38,209 bases of DNA, from the NCBI GenBank assembly GCA_052034245.1, contig JBPOIV010000095.1, forward strand, positions 1 to 38,209, written 5' to 3'. Made by a program: the position numbers and the translations under genes. Shown here piece by piece: positions 1-7,081 of the stretch (position 1 is its first letter; the number at the start of each line of letters is the position of its first letter). The notes beneath the pieces were generated by a model. The model saw only the letters and a list, made by a program, of their open reading frames with translations. It was not told the DNA's origin and did not search any database. Source of the stretch: Myxococcota bacterium. Its GTDB lineage: Bacteria; Myxococcota; UBA727; JABDBI01.

Positions 1-669
1 GGTATTGTTAACGTCGACTTTGCCGATGCGATTACGGTGATGAGTGACCAAGGTATGGCGCTGATGGGTATCGGCACTGCAACCGGCGAAGGTCGCGCTA
101 TTAAAGCTGCGCAAAAAGCGATTTCAAGCCCTCTGCTCGAAGATGTTTCGGTAGATGGTGCGATGGGCATTTTAGTAAACGTGACTGGGGGGCCTTCGCT
201 CACCTTGCATGAAGTAAATGCGGCCATTGAACTTATTACCGATGCAGCCCATGAAGATGCCAATATTATTTTTGGTTATGTTGTGGATCATGAGCGCGAT
301 GAAGAAGTTTCGATTACCGTGATTGCTACGGGCTTTGAGCATAATCGTTCGCAAAAGAAAAACGAAAATAATTATGCGAGTGTGGCACCTACTCCCAATG
401 CGAGCAGCTATCCTGCACAAGGATCGCGAGATATTCCGACCTTTATTAGACAAGGTTTATCTTCGCGTGAAAATATTATGCCTGGAGTGTCTAGTTATCC
501 CAATCTTGGAACTAAAGTCCCTCCACCGCCAGCTAATCAAGTAGCACGCGTTCCTGTGCTTGCTCCTATCGATGAGCCGACAAACATGAAAGATGCGGCG
601 AAAAAAATGGACGAATACGATGTCCCCGCTTTTTTGCGACGCAATAATAATGATTCACAAATTGCTTAG
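1..669 (+). CDS. ftsZ: Cell division GTPase FtsZ, C-terminal part (5' end lies upstream of the window)
   Basis: Frame 1 is open from base 1 (GIVNVDFADAITVMSDQGMALMGIGTATGEGRAIKAAQKAISSPLLE...ITVIATGF), matching the FtsZ core. A P/S/N-rich linker and the terminal DVPAFLRR peptide typical of the FtsZ C-terminal tail follow. Stop TAG at 667-669. Confidence 0.95.
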   Translation, partial: GIVNVDFADAITVMSDQGMALMGIGTATGEGRAIKAAQKAISSPLLEDVSVDGAMGILVNVTGGPSLTLHEVNAAIELITDAAHEDANIIFGYVVDHERDEEVSITVIATGFEHNRSQKKNENNYASVAPTPNASSYPAQGSRDIPTFIRQGLSSRENIMPGVSSYPNLGTKVPPPPANQVARVPVLAPIDEPTNMKDAAKKMDEYDVPAFLRRNNNDSQIA

Positions 670-676
670 TGCTCGT

Positions 677-991
677 CAATTTGGCATAGGCAACTTTTAG
701 CGTCTGTCATTGCAATGACGGGGGTAATTGGCAAGTCGAGGAAAAACCACCCATTCCTCGTCATTGCGAGCGCAGCGTGGCAATCCAAAGTGATACCCAA
801 AAGTTACCCATATAATCCTTGGATTGCCACAGCCAGTACCTGGCCTCGCAATGACGAGGTGATTTGGCAAGTCGAGCAAAAACCGCACATTCCTCGTCAT
901 TGCGAGCGCAGCGTGGCAATCCAGGGGGATTCCCAAAAGTTACCAATATAAGCCTTGGATTGCCACGGCCAGTACCTGGCCTCGAAATGAT
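677..991. repeat. Tandem array of a ~136-bp palindromic (REP/MITE-like) element: two full units plus a collapsed partial copy
   Basis: ggcaagtcgag occurs at 730-740 and 866-876, giving a 136-nt period. cgtcattgcgagcgcagcgtggcaatcc occurs at 759-786 and 895-922. The inverted partner arms ggattgcc...ctcgcaatgacg lie at 821-856 and 957-990. A collapsed palindrome gtcattgcaatgac lies at 706-719, preceded by a degenerate unit start (aatttggca at 677). Confidence 0.85.
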
Positions 992-1102
992 ATGCTGATT
1001 TGTTTAGTTGATGTTATGCAAGCCCGGGTCAAGCCTAGAATGACAAAGGCCCTGAAAAGGGATATTTCACTCTGTGTAAGATTCATGACGCGTAGGTAAT
1101 TA

Positions 1103-1573
1103 ATGAAATCTCTTGTGATAAAAAAAATAGCTCTTCTTATTGCCGAATTCTTTTATTGTGGGCGCTTTCCTTGGATGCCGGGAACCTGCGGCAGCTTAGG
1201 TGCTTTGGTAATCTGGGTGCCAGCCCTTTATTTAGACGCGCCGTGGTGGCTGTTATTGCTCTTGATTGTGGCCTTATTTGCTATAGGGACTTGGGCCAGC
1301 GGTTATGGCATCGAGCATTATCAACGAGAAGATCCTAAAGAAGTGGTTATCGATGAGGTAGTTGGCATTGGCTTTCCCTTTTTGGTGGCAAGCGCCCTGC
1401 CCTCACAAGTTATTTTAGCCTTCGTACTTTTTCGTTTTTTCGATATTCTCAAACCCTGGCCCATAGGATGGGTAGAGCGCGCCTTTCCTGGCGCATGGGG
1501 TGTCATGCTTGATGACGTTTTAGCAGGCCTTATGGCCATGCTCATGTTGGTACTAATCAATTTTTGGCTTTGA
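1103..1573 (+). CDS. pgpA: Phosphatidylglycerophosphatase A
   Basis: The 156-aa membrane protein carries PgpA-family motifs: PGTCGSLGA, VIDEVVG, FRFFDILKPWPI and GVMLDDVLAG. Confidence 0.85.
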   Translation: MKSLVIKKIALLIAEFFYCGRFPWMPGTCGSLGALVIWVPALYLDAPWWLLLLLIVALFAIGTWASGYGIEHYQREDPKEVVIDEVVGIGFPFLVASALPSQVILAFVLFRFFDILKPWPIGWVERAFPGAWGVMLDDVLAGLMAMLMLVLINFWL

Positions 1574-1578
1574 AAATT

Positions 1579-2070
1579 TTATTTTATGTTGCCTAAAAGA
1601 TTTGTTGGTAGCTCAACTTTAAGACTGCCTGTTAGATTAAATTCTTCCTGTTGTGGAATATTTTTATTATCGAAATAGCTCACAACAAAATCTTTATAAA
1701 ATAATTTAAATTGACTATCTGGGCGAATGATTAATCTATAAGTGCATGTCTCATCGCTATCCAGGCTAAGGCCCGCAACGCAGGTGCTGGCTTGCGTATC
1801 CACCGCCATAAAGAAATCTTTACACGAAGCGCTTTTTCCTTTTTCCAATATGGAAGAAAGCCGTACTTTGTCGTTGCCTCTATTGGTGATGAGCAGATCA
1901 ATTTTTAAGGATTCTGCAGGCTTTAGGCTAAAATTGCCAAATCTCTCCCCGCTGACCGCGAGCTTTTCTTGCGCCCCTTCCTGATAATCAACATCGATTA
2001 AAATCTTATTTTCTTGCCCGCAAGCACTTAAAAATACCATTGCCAAATAAATTCCATATATTAGACGCAT
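1579..2070 (-). CDS. Putative lipoprotein, function unknown
   Basis: ORF 1579-2076. ATG at 2070 has ggtg about 6 nt upstream, whereas the track start at 2076 is GTG. N-terminus MRLIYGIYLAMVFLSAC carries an L-S-A-C lipobox. The rest is beta-rich with no motif I recognise securely. Confidence 0.55.
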   Translation of the reverse strand: MRLIYGIYLAMVFLSACGQENKILIDVDYQEGAQEKLAVSGERFGNFSLKPAESLKIDLLITNRGNDKVRLSSILEKGKSASCKDFFMAVDTQASTCVAGLSLDSDETCTYRLIIRPDSQFKLFYKDFVVSYFDNKNIPQQEEFNLTGSLKVELPTNLLGNIK

Positions 2071-2202
2071 GAGCACACCATAAGTTCAATAACATACAAA
2101 TAACTAACATCTATTACGCATTTAATCAGTGCATTCATTTTTATCCTGCACAAAAACAACAAAAATACTATGAAATTAAATAGATAAATTTTGAGTATAA
2201 CT

Positions 2203-4026
2203 ATGAAAAATAAACTAAATCTTATTGCATGGATGTTTGCCCTTTTAATGCTCAGTGGCATTAAGCAAGCAGTGGCTATTACTACCTTTCCTGGTGATCC
2301 CTTGCTTAGGTGGCAAGATCCTAAAGATGAGCGTTTTAAAAATATAGATTTACAAGCTTTTTTTAGTCGACCCGAGAACATTGCTAAGAGAAAAGAACTA
2401 CATGAATTGCGCCAAGAATATACCAGGCGCTTTGCCGCTATTTATAATCAGCCAAATGCGGATTATGTTGAGCTACAAAAATCTCTCACGAGAGATTTGA
2501 TGAAATGGGTGAAGCAATTCATTGAGGCTGCTAAACCAAATAACCTTTCTGATAAAGATTATGCCTTCGTTGCTTTTGGCTCGGCAGGACGTCTTGAATC
2601 AGGAATTGTTACCGATCTCGAAGGGGGATTGGTGCTCGATGAAAAGGTTCCCAATCGCCATTTATTGGGCCTCGAATTTGGGAAAAAACTTGCGTCAGCA
2701 ATGAATGGTCTTTTGGGCCACCCTATTTTTGGCGAAAAAGGCTTTAGGCTTGATGAGGAATCCAATGCACCAGCTCACTATGCTCCTTTTGTCGATACTT
2801 CAAATAACTTAGGCGAAATTATTTGTCCTATGATCAACGCGTACTCGCTCGCAAAAACAAATAATGAAAAAACATTTTGGAAGAGTTATTATTACCCCTT
2901 TGAGGGGTCTCACGTTTTGACTGCTAGTCCCATCGATTTTGCGGAATACATGCGAGCAAGTCAATATAATATCCCTAAGCTTTTTCAACTCCAAGTAAGC
3001 AAGAATACACGCCAGAGCCCGTGGTATAAATGGGGTTCACAATTTTTGGCTAAAAATATGTATACCGATAATAACTATCTCAAAGAGCAAATCCAAGGCT
3101 CTTCTTGTGGCCAGGCTATGGATGAAGCCACCATTGCGAATTGGGCGAATTACTTTGAGGATCTCAACCAAACTAATGAACTGAAAGTGATAAGTGCCTT
3201 TCTCGATTTAGGATTGAATCATTATATGGTTTCGGGGAATCCTGAACTTTATCAACGCTTCGTAAGGGAACAGCAAAAGGTTTTAGATGAAAATCAAGGT
3301 GCTTTGAGAACTAAAATGAGCAAGTCTCTGCTCGATGAAGTAATGACTAAATGGAGTCAAAAAAGACTCGGGGGAGAAATGTTCGTTCTAGGGAAATTAC
3401 CGATGAGCGGCGTCTTTGACATAAAGCGACATAATTATCGCTTGTTGTCGATTTTTTTGACAGCTATGGCCTTAAAGCATGGCCTGATGGAGCAAAATCA
3501 AGCGGATATTATTGACGCCTTAGTAAAAAGAGGTGTTTTTGGACCTGAATTAGCCGATACAATGTTGAGTTTGGTGAACCACCTCACCAAGCTTCGATGG
3601 CTCTCACAAATAAAAGTGCAAGGACAACTTGAAGCAAGCATGGATTTTTTCACGCAAAGTGCCTATCAAGCAAAACTCAATGCTTTAACTTCCACTCGCA
3701 CTTCACTTCTTTCGCAAATAAAAAATCTTGTCCCAGGAAGTATGGCTGAGCTTATGGCCAAAAATAAAATTGCTGAAACCGAACAAGATTTAGCTTTGAT
3801 GATTAATCTGAAACCGCTAGAAAAAGATTCAGTCTTAACCCCAGAAGAGCTTTCGTATTTAGAGAAAGTCATTATCCCTGTGCAACATAGTCTTTATAAA
3901 CGCATTGCGGCTTATCGAGGAAATCCTTCTAATCCAAAAGATTTCCCGCCCAATGACAATGCCTTTCAAGATAACTTTTGCGTCGACAAAATAAACTTAA
4001 ATGATTATGGCGTCATGCTTAGATAA
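2203..4026 (+). CDS. Secreted nucleotidyltransferase-fold protein (GlnE/DUF294/DrrA-like G-x11-D-x-E motif), function unknown
   Basis: ATG at 2203 (the track start at 2191 is TTG). Signal peptide MKNKLNLIAWMFALLMLSGIKQAVA with an A-V-A cleavage site. Motif FGSAGRLESGIVTDLEGGLVLD has Gly at 2578-2580, Asp at 2614-2616 and Glu at 2620-2622. A later helical segment DIKRHNYRLLSIFLTAMALKHGL resembles the substrate-binding helical domain that follows this nucleotidyltransferase core in GlnE/DUF294-type proteins. Confidence 0.6.
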   Translation: MKNKLNLIAWMFALLMLSGIKQAVAITTFPGDPLLRWQDPKDERFKNIDLQAFFSRPENIAKRKELHELRQEYTRRFAAIYNQPNADYVELQKSLTRDLMKWVKQFIEAAKPNNLSDKDYAFVAFGSAGRLESGIVTDLEGGLVLDEKVPNRHLLGLEFGKKLASAMNGLLGHPIFGEKGFRLDEESNAPAHYAPFVDTSNNLGEIICPMINAYSLAKTNNEKTFWKSYYYPFEGSHVLTASPIDFAEYMRASQYNIPKLFQLQVSKNTRQSPWYKWGSQFLAKNMYTDNNYLKEQIQGSSCGQAMDEATIANWANYFEDLNQTNELKVISAFLDLGLNHYMVSGNPELYQRFVREQQKVLDENQGALRTKMSKSLLDEVMTKWSQKRLGGEMFVLGKLPMSGVFDIKRHNYRLLSIFLTAMALKHGLMEQNQADIIDALVKRGVFGPELADTMLSLVNHLTKLRWLSQIKVQGQLEASMDFFTQSAYQAKLNALTSTRTSLLSQIKNLVPGSMAELMAKNKIAETEQDLALMINLKPLEKDSVLTPEELSYLEKVIIPVQHSLYKRIAAYRGNPSNPKDFPPNDNAFQDNFCVDKINLNDYGVMLR

Positions 4027-4049
4027 AGGCTAAAAACTGTCCATTTTTA

Positions 4050-4505
4050 TTACCTGCCAAAAATATTTAGAACTCTAGAGAATATTCTTTGGAGTTTTGG
4101 GGGCTTTTTAGGTTTGGGGGGAGCTTGAGAGCCTACTCTCACTGCGCAGCTGGCATCAAGGGTTTTATCACCGATTTTTAGCAAAGGTGGGGAAAATACT
4201 TGATTAGTGCCCATCTTGAAAGTGGCATTAATTGAGTTCAATGGATAACCACTTTCATAGTTGCTTACTTTTTTAATGCTAATTAGCCAAGTATTTTTTT
4301 GGGGGCAGAAATCTTTACTTAGCGAAAAAGGTCCAAGCTCTCTTTTTTCCAAATGCTCTTCAAAAAGAATTTCATCGTCATAACTGACCATGAACTCCCA
4401 TTCAATCTCATCAGGCTTAAGGATGAAGGTACAGTGCAGGTCTGAACGACTTGCATAAGAGAAAGAAATGACGAGAAAACATAAGGCTGATAGGAAAAAT
4501 CTCAT
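4050..4505 (-). CDS. Exported hypothetical protein with a Pro/Lys-rich C-terminus
   Basis: ORF 4050-4532. The track start at 4532 is GTG, while ATG at 4505 has ggtg 5 nt upstream. Signal-like N-terminus MRFFLSALCFLVISFSYA. The C-terminus is APPKPKKPPK. No family recognised. Confidence 0.5.
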   Translation of the reverse strand: MRFFLSALCFLVISFSYASRSDLHCTFILKPDEIEWEFMVSYDDEILFEEHLEKRELGPFSLSKDFCPQKNTWLISIKKVSNYESGYPLNSINATFKMGTNQVFSPPLLKIGDKTLDASCAVRVGSQAPPKPKKPPKLQRIFSRVLNIFGR

Positions 4506-4566
4506 ATCGCACCAAAATATAGCAAGTCTCACGCGGGCTGACGTGCAGCCCTTCTTACGCTAAAAC

Positions 4567-5211
4567 TTAAGAATTGGAACCGTTTTCTTGTGCTGCTGGT
4601 GCAGGAGCGGCTGGCGGAGCATTTGTATCACCTGGCTCAGTCGCGGAGCCTTTGCCATTCCCACCCGTTTTTAACTTGGCGATGACTTCTGTAACCGTGG
4701 CAGGAAGCCATTGCGAGAGATCATTTTGCACTGCAGTCATAGTAGACTCGATAATTTGTGGCGAAAGCTTCAAGAATTTTTGGCCGGGTGTCGTGTTATA
4801 AAAAGACAGAATCGCGACTAAATCTTCCTTGTTGAGCTCCTTCATGGAAACAGCATTTTGGTCGGTGAAATATTTGCGAGTATATTTTTCATCGATTCTC
4901 TTTTTAAGTTCTTCGGTGGCTTTTTCGTCGACAGTAATGCCAGCTCCTTGAGCCTGTGACATAAAAAGTCCCATGCCGCTTTGCAAAATCGCGCCGCCTA
5001 GTTTGTCGTATTCTTCTCGCGGCAACATAATATCGCTCAACTGAACACCGAGCTCTTCAATACTTTTCTCGTTTAGATCGCTAACTGGAATGGTGGTATT
5101 GTTGCCATCAACTTGAATACCGGGTTTATTGAGTGCCGTACCAATGGCAAAACCGATGCCCAAAGATACAACGGCTGCGAGCGCTACGACGCCTATCGTT
5201 TTTGAATTCAT
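4567..5211 (-). CDS. Exported DUF2059-like protein
   Basis: N-terminal hydrophobic segment VVALAAVVSLGIGFAIG. The segment DLVAILSFYNTTPGQKFLKLSPQI fits my recollection of the DUF2059 signature (FYxSPxGxK). Low-complexity Ala/Pro tail. SD taggagc lies upstream of the ATG at 5211. Confidence 0.65.
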   Translation of the reverse strand: MNSKTIGVVALAAVVSLGIGFAIGTALNKPGIQVDGNNTTIPVSDLNEKSIEELGVQLSDIMLPREEYDKLGGAILQSGMGLFMSQAQGAGITVDEKATEELKKRIDEKYTRKYFTDQNAVSMKELNKEDLVAILSFYNTTPGQKFLKLSPQIIESTMTAVQNDLSQWLPATVTEVIAKLKTGGNGKGSATEPGDTNAPPAAPAPAAQENGSNS

Positions 5212-5319
5212 TACATGCTCCTAAGTGGTTCTCAATGCCAACCAAGGCATTGAGCAAAAAAATCCAAGAGTTTTTTGATTTATGAGCATAATCGGAATGA
5301 GCTACTTTTCAAAGAATTT

Positions 5320-6480
5320 TTAAGCGCTTAAAGCCATATTATTTTTGTGTAGACCGGCGAATAAAAATGCCAGAAATTCCGCGTAAATATGAAAGAAAGC
5401 AAGTGCGAAAAAAAGATCGTTAATAACATTAAAGCGCAAAAATAAGGGCGCCAGCAAAAAAATAGCTACTACAATGACAAGGGCCGAACTGAGCAATGTG
5501 CCAAAATCTGTCCTCAATTTTTTAAACTTGGTACGAAAAGGCATGGTTGCTTTTTTTTCGAAGCGGCAATCAGGAATGACACGAATCCACAGCAAATAAT
5601 GCACACCCTGGCCAAAGCATAAAAGCGACACGATTTTTCTTGCGAACAAAAGATCGTAATTATCGGGGAAAAGTTTTATCGAAATAGTCGCGAAGTCATA
5701 GCCAAAGGCGCCTGTGGCTCGTTGATTTATCGCATGAAGAAAAAAATTATCCCCGAACTTAGAAAGCACTGCTACATGCAAAAGCCCAAAAACACCCAAG
5801 GCTATTATCGCAGAATTTTTCTCTTTTCTCGACGGCGCATAAAAATACCAAAAAACAAAGGCCATAAAATTGTGTGAAAAAATAAAAAAGCTCCACACAA
5901 GACTTGGGCCTGCTAGCAAGAAATAAAGGGCCGAAGAAAGAATGCTTAGTCCGATAAAGAATTTATGTATCTTTAGGCGGTAAATAAAGCTGCAGTAAAA
6001 AAATGCCATGGCAACAATTAAGCAATCAAAAAGGCGAAGGTTCTTTACCAGCAAGACGGCTATATCGCCGTACATCATCGCTCTTGAAAACTCTAAAGTA
6101 ATTCTTAAGAGAAAAAAGCCCACGCAAAAGATTAACAAGCCGCGATTAATATTTTTCTTACGAGCTGCATCACTCTTAAACTCATGAGGAGCTGCCACAT
6201 CGTGAAAGGCATGGAGTGATTCAATGAGGTGAAGCATGCCCAGTAGACTCGGCGCTATCATGAGCATCCACAAAGGACAAAAAATCATCAAGAGTGCATT
6301 AAGAATCAGACTGAAAGCGACCGTCACATTATTGCGTAAGGATCGCTCGACAAAGATATGGCGCAAGGCCTCAATCTTGACGCTATGGCGCAAAATTTTT
6401 GCGCGCAAAAGATCGAGAGGTCGCGCTAAGGCCTCAACCATGAAGGCGTGGATCCCGTATGGAAAGTTTGATGCCACCAT
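5320..6480 (-). CDS. Polytopic inner-membrane protein, function unknown (His-rich, two H-x13-H pairs)
   Basis: 386-aa ORF with roughly 8-10 hydrophobic segments. There is a His cluster HLIESLHAFHD, and H235/H249 and H364/H378 are each spaced by 13 residues. The start is uncertain (ATG at 6480 or 6441, neither with a clear SD). It overlaps the 3' end of the upstream gene, which is consistent with an operon. Confidence 0.7.
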   Translation of the reverse strand: MVASNFPYGIHAFMVEALARPLDLLRAKILRHSVKIEALRHIFVERSLRNNVTVAFSLILNALLMIFCPLWMLMIAPSLLGMLHLIESLHAFHDVAAPHEFKSDAARKKNINRGLLIFCVGFFLLRITLEFSRAMMYGDIAVLLVKNLRLFDCLIVAMAFFYCSFIYRLKIHKFFIGLSILSSALYFLLAGPSLVWSFFIFSHNFMAFVFWYFYAPSRKEKNSAIIALGVFGLLHVAVLSKFGDNFFLHAINQRATGAFGYDFATISIKLFPDNYDLLFARKIVSLLCFGQGVHYLLWIRVIPDCRFEKKATMPFRTKFKKLRTDFGTLLSSALVIVVAIFLLAPLFLRFNVINDLFFALAFFHIYAEFLAFLFAGLHKNNMALSA

Positions 6481-7069
6481 GTTTCAATGAAAAAACGACC
6501 ATGCCGAAGAGAAATTTGGCATCCTCTTCGTCCATGGAAAATTGTTCTTTAGTTTTTGTAATGAAATCATCAGGAACTTTAGAGCTTTTAGTATGAGAAT
6601 CAAGCCACTTGGCAAGCATATCTATATGAAGCTCTCCGACAAAGCCGGGCAAAAATCTTTCCTTAAACCTGCATAAAATAGTCGCTTCTTTGAAATCAGG
6701 TGACTTAATTTCTTCTTGCATTTCCTCAATGAAGCGGAGCAATTGATTAAAGCCCGCATAATTCTTCTCTCTATCTCCCATACGAAGATGATTTTCTATT
6801 TGTTGCTTCATAGAGGCGAGCGCTTTACCGAGAGACTCTTTAAACGCTTTTAGCTTGCCCTCTTCCTCGCTAAGCGTCCCTAATCCTATTTTTTTTCTAA
6901 TTTTATTATAGGCGGTTTCTGCGATTGCCATCGAAACATAGGCCCCTAATCCTAAGACAGCAAGCGCATTTTCCCAGAAGGAACTTTCGCTATTCCACGC
7001 ATAAGAAGGCTGAGCACTCGTTAGTGAGAATGCTAAGAGAAAAGCCATCTTAAAATTCTTTTTAAGCAT
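6434..7069 (-). CDS. Exported or membrane-anchored hypothetical protein
   Basis: Signal peptide MLKKNFKMAFLLAFSLTSAQPSYA followed by a second hydrophobic segment ALAVLGLGAYVSMAIA, then a helical charged region. SD aagga lies 7 nt upstream of the ATG at 7069. The gap to the upstream gene is 12 nt. Confidence 0.6.
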   Translation of the reverse strand: MLKKNFKMAFLLAFSLTSAQPSYAWNSESSFWENALAVLGLGAYVSMAIAETAYNKIRKKIGLGTLSEEEGKLKAFKESLGKALASMKQQIENHLRMGDREKNYAGFNQLLRFIEEMQEEIKSPDFKEATILCRFKERFLPGFVGELHIDMLAKWLDSHTKSSKVPDDFITKTKEQFSMDEEDAKFLFGMVVFSLKHGGIKLSIRDPRLHG

Positions 7070-7081
7070 TTGTTATCCTTC

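Noticed and set aside
697-951. Three overlapping ORFs (697-936 minus, 715-951 plus, 761-946 minus) in the ftsZ-pgpA spacer, with peptides such as LDCHAALAMT, CARNDEE and HCERSVAIQ
   Set aside because: They lie entirely within the tandem palindromic repeat, they read the same repeat on both strands, and they have no SD. They are translation artefacts of the repeat, not genes.
677-991. Possible CRISPR array
   Set aside because: The repeat units are about 136 nt and directly abut each other with no unique spacers. There are only two full copies, each unit is itself a long inverted repeat, and no cas genes are present.
4535-4551. 6-bp hairpin gggctg/cagccc between the DUF2059 gene and the 151-aa gene, a possible terminator
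   Set aside because: The stem is short and there is no U-tract on the coding (minus) strand. It is within chance expectation.
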